A stretch of 61,999 nt of DNA, the filler included, from Dimargaris cristalligena (taxonomy: Eukaryota), in NCBI GenBank assembly GCA_003614675.1. It is 4 parts of 4 records of this genome, joined end to end, with 100 filler letters (N's around TTAATTAATTAA, not from the genome) between each part and the next. Parts side by side here need not be neighbours in the genome. Positions count along the whole stretch, not along the records: positions 31,087 to 46,510 come from ML002891.1; positions 46,611 to 61,999 come from ML002892.1; 2 more parts are not named here. One strand, 5' to 3'. Positions 40,226 to 52,169 of the stretch are shown here, in pieces. Within the stretch, counting starts at the first letter, position 1. Each line of letters begins with the position of its first letter. Position numbers and translations under genes: made by a program. The notes under the pieces are model-generated. The model was not told where the DNA came from. It did not search any database and worked only from the letters and a program-made list of their open reading frames with translations.

Positions 40226-40236
40226 ACAGAACTGAT

Positions 40237-42417
40237 TTACTCGTCGCCGTAGTGAGTGATGACATCGTCAATCTTCAGGATCATTTTGACTAGCTGGGTA
40301 GCCAGCAGGAACTGTTGGCGTTTAGAGATGAGAGGGTCAAATACATGTTGTTCACGCATATCGTTGGACCCCTTGTGCATACAGTCGATACCCAGTCGGC
40401 TATTCTGGGTGCGCACCTGCTCGGACTTCACGTCAGCCAGGGCATCGATGGGGGACAGCCCACTGTTTTCGGCCAAGGTCAGAGGCACGGCATCCAAGGC
40501 AGCAGCGAAGGCGCGCATGGCGTACTGCTCGATGCTGCTGATCTGGTCGGCTTCCCGGGCCACGGCCAACGAGCAGCTGATTTCGGCAGCTCCGCCACCG
40601 TAAACGACCCGCTTGTCGCGGACCATGTTACGCACCACACACATGGCGTCATGCAGGGAGCGCTTGGCTTCGTCGATGATCATCTTGTTGCCACCGCGCA
40701 CGAAAATGGTCACGGCGCGGGTGTTAGCGCAGTCTTCAATGACCAGCATCTTATCCCGGGTGGTTCCGAAGCTGATTTCACGCACCAGACCGGCGTGGCC
40801 AAGTTTCTCGGGGCTCAGGTCTTCGAAGCGGGGCACGATGCGGCCATTGGTGGCAATGGCGATGAGTTCCAACTCGGGACCACCGACCCACCGGACGGCC
40901 GGCAGATTGTTCTGCAGCAACAGGTGGTTGGCTTCGTCGTCGAAACCCCACTGGCAAATAACCAGGTTGGCCCCGGCATCCTTGACCTGCTGGATCATTT
41001 CCTTGAACTTATCCGTTTCGTAAGCCTGGAGCTTCTGGTATTCCTCCACGGAGGTGATATCGAGCTTATGCTTAGTCTTGGGCTTGGGGGGCTCAAAGGG
41101 GCAGGTGAGGATGGCCATCTTGACGTCATGGATTTCACTGGGCATCTGGGGATGGGACATATCCTTGTCCACCACTACACCGCGTACCAGCACCGTGTCG
41201 GTAAGGGACCCGCCGACCTTACCGTCCACCTTGATCAGCTCAAAGTTGACATCGCCAGTCTCCAGATTAGCCACAGCAAGGACAGCGTCCACGGCGATGT
41301 TGGCGAATTGGTCGTGGCACTTGGACACGATCTTACTACCCAGACAGGTCTTGGCCGTTTTGAGCAGGTTAGTGATGTTGCCGGGACCGAATTCGATCAC
41401 GTCCGAGTTTTCCTCGAGGGTTTTCACGGCGACCTGACAGGCCTTCTCAAACCCGTCCGCGATACGGATGGGGTGGATACCCCGGTCTAGCAGTTGCTCG
41501 GCCTGCTCGAGAAGGGCACCAGCGAGTACGACGACACCAGTGGTACCGTCACCAATCTCATCATCCTGGGACTTGGACAGCTGGACCAGAAGTTTGGCGA
41601 CCTGGTGGGTCACTTCCATCTGATCCAGGATGGTGGCACCATCGTTGGTGATAGTGATATCACCGTCGGGCGAGATCAGGATTTTGTCCAAACCTATTGG
41701 GACGAACAGCGTGGGGGGGGGGGTGCAATAAATAGCAGTGCGCCAGGGATGTTAGTAGTGGAAGTGGGAGAGGCGGTATTAAGGTTTGTCGCACTTTTAC
41801 CTGGCCAAGATCTATCGTATTTATTAGCTAACCGATGGGGAAATGTGGGCGACTAGGAAGAACCACATTGGCTTATGATAATAACGACGATATGCAATAC
41901 TTACCGCGGGGGCCAAGCGAGGTCTTGACGATATTAGTCACAGCTTTGGCAGCCAGGATGTGGGACTAGGGGAGCGGGATCAAATGCCATAGTAAAATGA
42001 ATACGGGAGTGTTATTAGCGATAGGACCAGGTATTGTCGTGGATCGGATAGCATATGGCCAGGAGTCCATCCGTACAGAAAGGCATTCCGGCCCGGGTTG
42101 GGGGGCGATCAGAAAGATAACTCTAGGCCATCTACCCCCCATGAGTGGGCTTCCATCCGAAGCTGAGCATCCACTTGGACGGATGCGCTGGACTCGGATA
42201 GAAAAGGGAGAGGTGGGCCACCCGAACTGGACTAGGCAAGTCCCGATCCAGCCAGATCGGCCGTCGACTTGTAAAATAATAAAGCAGATATTCACAGTCA
42301 AGTCCGTTAAGAATGTACCTTCTGAGCCTCGAGACCAGATTTGCGAGTCTTCTTCTGTTGTTCCCTCACAATAATGATGGGACGGCCATACTCGTCCGTG
42401 GCGTACATGGCATTCAT
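40237..42417 (-). CDS. CCT5: T-complex protein 1 subunit epsilon, 3 exons, ~538 aa
   Basis: Exons 42417-42319, 41965-41905, 41693-40237 (1617 nt). Motifs: [45 protein letters not shown], and epsilon-type [16 protein letters not shown] and [14 protein letters not shown]. Confidence 0.96.
42032..42265 (-). ncRNA. Candidate intronic structured RNA (H/ACA snoRNA-like) in CCT5 intron 1
   Basis: On the host strand: two short 5' hairpins, a long hairpin, an AGAGTTA hinge (imperfect H box), a second hairpin with an internal loop, then ACA+3 nt. Confidence 0.4.
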
Positions 42418-43508
42418 GCTGGGCGAGTTAGTATTAATTACGAAAGGGAAAGTACGATCAACAACGAAACCAAGAAGAGAACAATCAAATAAAATAGGAA
42501 AGTACGCTTAACCTCCGAGTAGAATCAAGCCGGAGTTCTATTAGAGACCAACCGGGCACGGCGACTGGATGAGGCTGTGGAGCAAGTGGAGATGGGTCAG
42601 GGAATCAGGTCAGCCAAGCAGAGAGAGGGGAGGAGGGTCTGGGTGGACTTTTGCCCAGGGAGAGTGGATCTTAACGGGTGAATCTCTCTCCTCCTCCTCC
42701 TCATTTGTGAGCCAAGTCGCCTCTATTTGCTGGTCCACAATACTTGCATAAGACTGAAGCCTGGATTCCATGGGATAGTTTATGATAGGAAGTGGGGAAA
42801 CTTAATTTGGGATGATACGCTCTAAGGCCCTATTTCCACTCCAACCACTCTGGCAGCCATACTTCCAGATGATGGGCCCTGATAGTTAAGATATTGGGAT
42901 AAGGGTGCTGATTCGAAAAGGAATTATTGCTTGTTGGTCAGGTTCCTTATTATAAATCCGTTGGTTGGAATCCATTAATTCTTACCGAATGGGGAGACAT
43001 GGTATGTGGTAACTGATTTCACAATGATTGTTAATCGGTTAGAGACTATAATCATGGATCTCTCCCATGCGCTATTTAGCGCCTTTATGGGGAGGGGTCA
43101 GCAGAACAGGAAAATATCCAAGTGTCACTGGAGTTGGGAGGTATTGTTGTTGTGCAGCAGGGGTAGCCCATGTGACTGTTGGCTTTACATGGCAGCTGAC
43201 CCGGAAGAATGTCTCCCACGCAATCAGCAGCCTCCAGCACCAGAGTAGTAACTGCCGGACGGTGTAGTAGTAGGGGGGAAAGAAGGGTCTCTCTATCTCA
43301 GTTACCCTCTTATATTAAGGCCCTCGCTTCCTTGTTGACCGCATTGATATACGTCCCTTTAAAACTATCCCTGCCCTACCCAACCTATTCGCCTTTCTTT
43401 ATTTACTCACGCGCTCTCTCTCTTTTTATATATATTTATCTTTATTTTACTCCGCGAACTCTCCACACTTGGCCTGTCTCATCCCGCGGTCGTCGCTCAT
43501 TGCCCGCC

Positions 43509-46500
43509 ATGCTGAACCACGCTGCGCTTGGGGAGGCTACAGTGGAGGCCTCCCCGTATTCCAATCGCCTATTCCTCTATGTGAACCAAACCCCATACGA
43601 GCTAGTCAACCCCGCCCCCGAGACCACCGTCCTCCAGTTTCTGCGCGACCAGGGTTTGACCGGCACTAAACTGGGCTGCGCCGAAGGAGGCTGTGGTAGG
43701 TACCCTTGGTGTATTCGACAATTTACCGGCTTTTCATTCGTACCATTCTTGCTGTAGGGTAGGTCGATTTGCTCACTCTCCGCTTTATTAACAATATATC
43801 GTATATCCCTTACATCCATTGTATACGGCCAATTTGTAACGCAGGGGCCTGTACCATCGTTATTGCTAGTCTCGATCCGACCACCCTACGAATTAGCCAT
43901 CGTTCCGCCAACGGCTGTCTCCTGCCCCTATGCAGTCTCGACGGTAAACAAGTCATTACCATCGAAGGCATCGGCAATTCCAAGCAACCCCACCCCGTCC
44001 AGGTAAATACACATGAATTCTGTGTCCCGCCGGGCAGGTTCAGATATATGCTTAGCGCATACATACACCCTTTGGCCTATCTATCAACTGATCTTGAGAG
44101 GAGATGCACGCCAGATAGTCCCCCTTCCATTCTCCCTCTTTCTCCCATGGCTGATCACACTAATCAACAACTAATGGTTGACAATCGATGGTGTACTCAA
44201 TGGTGATTGGCTAGGAACGACTGGCCGCCCTGCACGGCTCCCAGTGCGGCTTTTGCACGCCCGGAATTGCCATGTCCCTCTACGCCCTACTGCGCAATAA
44301 TCCCGAGCCAACTGACCACGACATTGAGGATGGCTTCGATGGCAACCTCTGTCGGTGCACGGGCTACCGACCTATTCTTGATGCCGCCAAGACCTTTTCC
44401 GTGGCCCATGACGACCCTAGCCCCAGCCCCCCTTCAGCGTGCCCCGGTCAACACTCCTGTGGGAAATCCCGCTGTTCGGAGCAGGAACACTTGGAATGTC
44501 GCCAGAAACATGCCGATCAAATCGATGATATTGAAGAACTTCAGCCCATCCGTTTATTGGAAAAAGTAAGACCACTCAGTAGCACGGCCCTTCTAATACC
44601 CGTAGCCCAGGCATTCAGTAATTATGGTACTTTGTGTCACTAGGGGGTTTACTAACCACCCCCTTATCTGATTTCACCAAATACACTGCTCCAGCACCAA
44701 TTTGCGCCATACGAGCCAGCCACCGAGATGGCGTTCCCGGAGGCCTTGGTCCAGTACGGTCAGAAGAGACTAAGCTCGGCTGCTACTTCCCTCAGGTTTC
44801 GCGGTAAATGGTGCAGCGACTTCTACAGTCCTACATCGCTGGACGAACTCCTCCGTATCAAGGTAAATTGCCCACGATTGATCAATAGCTATCCAACTCT
44901 TATCCACCATATAATTACTTAGCTATCGTTCCTTATTCCACATACCTCCATTAGCGCTACCAATGCCTACACTTGGAATCTAGCAATATTCTAATAGCCT
45001 TGGCGGAATTCATATGTATCTGGGCTGATTAAATACCTCCCATCAGAATCAATTCCCCAGCTGCAAACTCCTGTCGGGGAATACTGAAGTCGGTATTGAA
45101 ACCAAGTTCAAATACCAGGTCTACAACGTTCGCGCCTTCGTGGGCGACATCCCTGAGCTCACCACCGTTCATGTGGATGGTAGGTTATCCACTAATCTGT
45201 GGGAGTGGTTATCGCTGATCAGTGATACCTAGCCCTATTGCTAATCTAAAAGTGTCTAATACCATTAATTTAGAGAAATAATACTGTCAACATACACACA
45301 CTGGTATCCATTTCTGAATATTAGCTCACCGTTTACCCTCTAAAAATTGTGCCTTGGGACAACTTACTCATTCAATCAACCTAAAATACTCTTGGTCGTC
45401 ATAACCAGGCGTGGGTGTGAAATTCGGTGCCAATATCACTTTATCGGCACTCGAGGACGAGCTGACTAAGCTGGCCAACACCCTAGAGGTAGGTTACATT
45501 CCTTTGCTCAATTTTACCCGAAGTTTAGATTCAATGTAGCTCTGCCTGAAGGGAAACATATTGCTCACCTTGACCATCCTATGGTGAAACAAATCAAGTC
45601 TGGCTCAAAGAAAATTACGCTTGCCTTACCCGTTTGGCACTCCAGGTCATGAAAGAACCTACTCTCTTAACGTTTATTAATAGCAGAAAATGTTTGTGCA
45701 CATCCCCCCATACCTTCCTTCCTATTAGGCCCACCAAACGGAAGGACACAAGGCCATCCTCACCAACCTTAAATGGTTTGCCGGTCGCCAAGTGCGTAAT
45801 TTCGCCACCATGGCGGGTAACATCGCGACCGCATCACCCATTTCCGACCTTAATCCCGTTTTGATAGCGTGTCAGGCGGTGGTAACTATCCAGTCACTCG
45901 ATGCCCCCCCGCGTGAGGTCCCCATGTCGAAGTTTTTCCTCGGCTACCGTAAAACGGCTCTCCAGCCCCACGAGGTCTTGACCCAAGTGTTCATCCCCCA
46001 TTCCCAGCCCGGCCAGTATATACGTGCCTACAAACAGGCCAAACGCAAAGACGACGACATTGCCATCGTGAACGCCGGCCTTAGTATCCAACTGGACTCA
46101 GATCCCGAAGGCCACTGGTGGGTGCGGGACTGTAGCATGGCCTTTGCTGGCATGGGCCCCATATCCGTCCAGTCTAAAGCCACCGAGCAGCATCTCGTAG
46201 GGTCGGACTTTGCCAATCCCGAAACCCTCAATTCACTCATGACAGTCTGCCAACAGGAGCTACGACTGGATCCAGGGGCCCCCGGCGGTATGGCGGAGTA
46301 CCGTCTGGCTTTGGCTTCCAGTTTTGTGTTTAAATTTTGGCATGAAATTTCTTGCCTTATTCAAGTCAACGGCTTTTCTGCGAAGCAGGGCCATGATACC
46401 ATGGAAATAACCCGGGAGCTATCCAAAGGCCTCCAGTACTACGCTGAAACAAGGTAAATATGCCTATATTACATTTCGGAGCGCATCAGTGGTTCTCACC

Positions 46501-46510
46501 CATTCACTCG
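43509..46510 (+). CDS. XDH: Xanthine dehydrogenase, 5' part (Fe-S and FAD domains), multi-exon, truncated by the gap
   Basis: [101 protein letters not shown]. At least 7 exons (approx. 43509-43696, 43846-44002, 44215-44566, 44695-44862, 45048-45179, 45410-45488, 45730-46453). The Moco domain is absent from the window. Confidence 0.93.
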
Positions 46511-46610
46511 NNNNNNNNNNNNNNNNNNNNNNNNNNNNNNNNNNNNNNNNNNNNTTAATTAATTAANNNNNNNNNNNNNNNNNNNNNNNNNNNNNNNNNN
46601 NNNNNNNNNN
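46511..46610. other. Artificial contig spacer
   Basis: N44-TTAATTAATTAA-N44. Confidence 0.97.
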
Positions 46611-46735
46611 AAAAATGACCATACTCGTCAGGGGCAGGGGCAGGGGCTCATTCACTCGTCAGGGGTGTACTTCCGATAAGTGTGAAAAATAGATAAAAAA
46701 TAAAAGTAGGTAAAAAATGTGGTAAGTTTACCATA
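46611..46735 (+). repeat. Family-2 repeat terminus at contig start
   Basis: ~46667-46735 matches the reverse complement of 15388-15456; preceded by CAGGGG repeats; contains AATAAA; ends TGTGGTAAGTTTACCATA. Confidence 0.7.
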
Positions 46736-46787
46736 CTGGCTATACATTTAACCCCAGCTACCTGGCATAAAATCTTAACCTTCTCCC

Positions 46788-47368
46788 TATTAGACTATCT
46801 AATCCCCCTTAATCCAGACACCATAGTGTCCATCCCTATTAGGCCTTATAGTACCATATTAACCTTCCATAGTCATCCCCAGTACAATGGGATCATCCTA
46901 TATTATATAACCCTTCCCTTTCTGGACTCTGCCTCTTTGCACTAATCACTCAGGTGCTGATCTGAAGTCTCTTCCAGTTACCATCAGAGTCTTCCAGATA
47001 CTAGTAGCCATCCAGCTGGCCTATTTACCTATTCCCTAGCCTTAGTAATATCCTTCCCTAGGGACTTCCCTCTGGAGTTGTCCCTGCATATATATAACTA
47101 GACCCCATTGGGACTGGTTAAATCCCTTTGCTTATCCTTACCCCCCTAGTTTACCCCTAATAAACTCTATATATTCACTCCCCTTATACTAACTAGTAAG
47201 TGTGCTTGCTGCATGTCCCTTACCTATACCTACACTTAGCCTTTATTAGTTAGTACTGTGCCTGTACCTGACACCTATAGCCCACTTGGCTAAGTCTAAG
47301 CCCTGCCTGCCATTAGAAGCCTATCCTTGGGACTCTTGATGGACTAAGAGTGGTTAACCCAGGTGATA
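46788..47368 (-). mobile_element. Solo LTR, family 1 (copy D, 581 bp)
   Basis: Reverse complement aligns end to end with copy B; both termini mutated (TG to TA); flanks CTCCC (46783-46787) / CTCCT (47369-47373) look like a target-site duplication. Confidence 0.82.
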
Positions 47369-48002
47369 CTCCTACTATATAGATTCTGATATTATCACAA
47401 TCCTCCATGCATCTACCCATTCTTATATTTAACTCATTGTGTATGACCATTTGCTCCCTATTTTGCTATGTATCCCACCTCATGCATCAAGTTTGTCCTC
47501 ACTGCCGCGCTGGCTTTGGGTGCCATGGCCTTTGCTAGCCTCCCTGACGTTTCCCTTTTCCCCATCGGTGTTCTAGGTTCGTTGTAGCGCGACCACAATA
47601 AAAGGCCGATTTCCTAGGACACTTGTAAACAGAGCTGTCTAGGTAGACGTCAATAAAATGACGCCCATTTTAATCAAATCTTGACCCAGTGGTGATAGTA
47701 GCCGAGGATGAAAGATGAATAATATCGCAACCACCTTTTATCAGTACGTCTTCAACAACTCTCGGCTCTCTGACAAAAAGACATTGGTCGAATAAAAAAA
47801 CTCACCGGAGCATGGATGGGTGTAACACTTAGTATACTAGCTGCCTTTGGTAATTTCCCGTCTTGGGGGAAATTCTACTTGCCTTGAAATGCGAATAATT
47901 TCCACATATAAATGCGGGTGGGTGTTGCCACAAAAAATGGAAGTGATAATTATCTAATAACTTTGCCGACTCACTATTTTCCCCCTCTAGCAACATTTGG
48001 TG

Positions 48003-48060
48003 TGTCACGGCAGCTAACCACTCTTAATCCGCTAAGAGTCCACGCGGGCAGGCATACAGT
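48003..48060 (+). repeat. Short 5' fragment related to family-1 LTR
   Basis: TGTCACGGCAGCTAACCACTCTTAATCCGCTAAGAGTCC resembles the LTR start; CpGs are retained. Confidence 0.55.
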
Positions 48061-49905
48061 GGGTATACCAAGTCACACCTGACTGGCGATAGGAGACTTA
48101 GACTACTGCTGATCAATGCCATTTAGCCATTTCTAGCGCCTATGGTATACACAACAATTTAAATCAACCTAGACAATAAATGTGATTGTATCTTGGGATT
48201 GCTCCTTCCAATACCGTGGATTCCATCGACGGCTTCCATAATGTAACCATCGACAGTAAGACTGTTATTTAGACATCTGGCTCGCCTTTCTCTCCGCACT
48301 TTGTGACGGTAAAGTTTGTTCCGGACGGCGGTATATACATATACCCTTATCCAGCATGATTTTACAGTACTAAGAGGCCCAGTTTTACCTATATAAATGG
48401 TATGACTAAATTTGGAAAAACGAACGGGGGTGGTGTATAATAGGCCCAGAAAGACAGTCTTATTTTAAACTTACTGATATCGAGAAATATCCTACAATTA
48501 ATGATACGAGGCGAGGGTTAATGGAGATGGGCCACCAAAGAGCAGGACAGGTGTGTTGAGACTACCAGTTCCAGACGGCACAGTTAGTAGAGAGGGAGAA
48601 AGGTCAAAAGGGAGAGTCTCGACTTTTAGAGAAGGTGAATGGGGGGAGGGGGGAGTAAACAGGACGGGGATGAGAGAGCACCACACAGTACGGTTGTACA
48701 ATGTACGACCCCTTCGAGGGCTGCTTCCCTTTGCTTTCCTATGATTTATGCGATGGTTTTTATTTTATCTCTGCAGCCTTGCGTGGCCATTATTCCCCGC
48801 TGGCGGTCCCTATGTAATTACTAATATTTAACAAATGAGGCCAAATACTGTTCAATTTGGAGTTGGATAATGTAGCAGAGTGTGGGAAACCCACATATCC
48901 CTAATCCATGACCAAATTGGTCGAAGGAGTGGATAGAGGGGTGGTACGGCCAGTTACTTTGCGTGCTGTTTATGTTAGCGGTGGACCTGACTAACCACAT
49001 GCTAGGGCGAAAGGAATATTCCAAGCTCTTACTTTCCCTCTCCCCTGCTTTACGCATATCCCGAGAATGCGTTTGCTATTACAGTTTCTTCATTCGTCTT
49101 AAGCTTGCTAATATTCCTTAATATTGGACGGAGCCTTTTATGGACGGGCTCAAATGGAAATAACCTTGGTGGGCTGGACCGCACCACTCATGCCCAAATC
49201 CAATTCTTGTGTGGCCGTTATGCCACTTTGCACTTCGTCCCCACGCCCAGGTGCACGCTTAAGGAAGAACGAGCGGGAAAAGGAGCCCAATGGCGAGAAT
49301 TTTGAAGGGTATTGCAAGCACTCTCGCTTGAGCGGGGTAATTAAGGGGAGGCGGAGGAGGGGTGGATAATGCCAACTTCCCCATGGTAATTTGGGGTAGT
49401 GGGGGTCAGTAAAATAGTCGCCCAGTGGCTGAAGTATCTACCCAATACTACCAACCGCTATTTAACCCATCCCCATTAATCAGGGTCTTCGCCTGGGTAT
49501 AGCTTTCTAGCTTTAACGTTTTTTTGTTCACTCCTCCTAATTTATTTCTGGATATAGAATCGCTCAGAAACGTCCCATTTTATTGTCTAAATATACTTGT
49601 TAATTACCTTTGCATCTCCTTCGTCAATATAAATTGGCAGCTGTCCCGCTTTGGCTAATGTCTAGTTCATTTTATTATAAGTACACACACCCAACTGGCA
49701 TATTTCTCCGACATTATTTTATACTTTATATATATATACAAAAACTATATCTTATCTGACTTGTTTTATCTTCCACTACACCAATTTATTGCGCTTTTCT
49801 TAGCCAACTGCCACAGCCCGATACTTATTTCATTATTGTTTATACAGTCCCCAAACGTATTTTTATTTTGGCCGTTGGTGTTCCTCTGGACCAACTTAGT
49901 CAACC

Positions 49906-52169
49906 ATGCAACTGCTAACTGTTACCCTCCTGATTAGTCTCAGTCTATGCGGCGTACTATGTACCTTCGAATCGAATCAGCCGTCCCTGGCCTGCACTTG
50001 TGCCCCGCATCCGAACGAGCGACGTCATCCTTTAGAGGTTAGACGAGAGGCAGTGCCTCCCGGCCAGGCCCCCCGTCGAACGTACGGGGATCTCCTCAGG
50101 GCGGTTCCCCCCGGGCTTACATTGGAAAAATATTTCGGGGACGAAATTATACGCCGAAGTGTAGTGGTAAGTTTACCTTTTTAGACGTGCTCCCCTCTAT
50201 GAAGTCCGCCATATACATACATGATCGCATGTAGAAGGGCATGTTTATTGTTTTCGGTGGAGTTTAAGTTGGGTTTTAATCTCGTATTTGAGACTCTTTC
50301 ACATGTCAAGAGAGGAGCCCACTGTACGTCTGAGTACAAGCTAGAGGAGTGCGTAGAAGAGGTTTGGTTTTAGTGGTTGGCGCTAGTGTGGGCCGGCGGT
50401 TTCACGAAGTGAAAAAGCAATCGGTGGTATGGTACAAGTTCAGGAAGTAGGGGGATGGAGAGGCAACTTAAACTCCGGGCCATTCGAATGGAAGAGGGAG
50501 GAGGGTGATGGTGTACCAATTGGTTGCGGCTCTGTGACCCAAAATACCCTATTTAGGATCTAGGCCGGCCGCTCTCCCCTACTTCACTATGCTTGCCATG
50601 TGTACCACCTTCCGAAGCTGCATCCACGGAACAGTACGGGATATTACCAATTCCGCCATACGGCTATTATGCAAAGTCCAAATTAATTTTATGGTCAATA
50701 CTGTGGACCGAATTAATGCCAGAGGGACCGGATATATTATGATTTGTACTATATTTACTGATCGCATTTATATCTATGCACCTATTTCCGCTAATGTGGT
50801 GGTATCGCATTCGATCCCAGATGTGTCAATGTTTGGTGGTAACTAATCCTTCGACTCTTATCTAACACTATCCGCCTCTTGCTCGCACATCCACTTTCTA
50901 TAGCTGATCAACTCAGACCTGCTATCTACCATCCACTTCACGAATTTACCGGGCCCCATGCCCGGCGCTTTCCCCATTCCCATCAGCAGCGACGACATCC
51001 ACCGCTTCCTACTCTTGCTCGAGGCCCACCTCTCGGCCGTTCTTCTCTGCGACCTTGATGGTTTAATCTTCCATACCCAAACCGAGTTCAACCAACTCGA
51101 CCCCTACCTCCAGTCGTGCCAAAGAGCCGATCCTACCCTCACCCTGCGCAGCGATTACCAAGCCCGCATTGATCAATATTACCATCAGCGGAATAAGTAC
51201 GTGGCCCTAGAACTCAGTCAAATCTCCGATCGAACCATGGCTAACCTCTTTCCCCTACTAGGCCCCATTCGCGTGGGCCACTTCAGTATTTTCCAAGGGT
51301 TTCTAGCTGAAGGAACGCGGATGCTGAAGGAACATGCGTTTGAGCGGGGTATTAATACACGTATGCCCCGACTGCGGGATTTGGGGACGCGCTTCATTGG
51401 CCAGCCCTCGCATACCCGGTATTTCCGATTCTTAACCAATGTCTTGATTCCGCAGGCCATCCTGGTGCTGGTCGCGGAACGGAATTATCTGGCGATTGAC
51501 TCCTTCATTGATACCCTGCCCGAGGATTATAGCAAACAGTACGATTATAGGCGGTGGGGATTGATTTTGATTTTGGAAAGTTTATTGACGAAACCTGCGA
51601 AAGAAAATTACACTAAGGGTTCGGTGAATTTGGACCCGTCTTCGTCGTTGTCGTCATCATCATCATCATCGTCGTCAGTGTCAGTGTCAGTGTCAGTGAC
51701 CTCGTCCTCGACATCCTCAGCGCTGCCCCCGCCCGCACCACGAGGGCCGTCCCGATCAACATCCACCATTTTCGACATTCTGGACGATCCCTATCAAGTC
51801 CTCGCGGCCTACAACCGACCCTTCCTCACCAAAAACAATAATCCCACGGGTGCCGCTCCCCAGCCGGATTTGGATCGGATCCTGCTGTACTCGCACGAGG
51901 ATTGGGTGTTCCAGCACTACCACTGCGCCCGCATGTACCGGTTCCCCACCACCGCGGCGTTCCTCCGCCGCCATTATTCCGCCTATTTCCAACCCTACCG
52001 TAATCCCGTCTCACCGGGAACGTGGGGCGCAATGGAACCGCCCGGGGAATGCACTACGGTACCGACCTTGTTGGCCTCTAATTATCCCATCGTGCGCGAT
52101 GGGGCGGTGTATATTGCCGTGGCCGATGAAGTATGGCAGAACCGGGGATCTTCATCAGTCCCCGTCTAG
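49906..52169 (+). CDS. Orphan secreted protein, 2 exons, ~508 aa
   Basis: Signal-peptide exon 49906-50166 ends at a GTAAGT donor; branch-like AACTAAT at ~50841; acceptor TTCTATAG at 50903; phase-0 join into the 50904-52169 ORF. Confidence 0.72.

Noticed and set aside
42140-42250. TPP riboswitch (GCTGAG...GAACTGGA) in the CCT5 intron
   Set aside because: The partial matches are antisense to the host gene and lack the conserved P4/P5 core.
1828-46510. Nucleotide-salvage gene cluster (HDHD1, PhoD, RAI1, XDH)
   Set aside because: The genes lie on different contigs joined by artificial spacers and are interspersed with unrelated genes.
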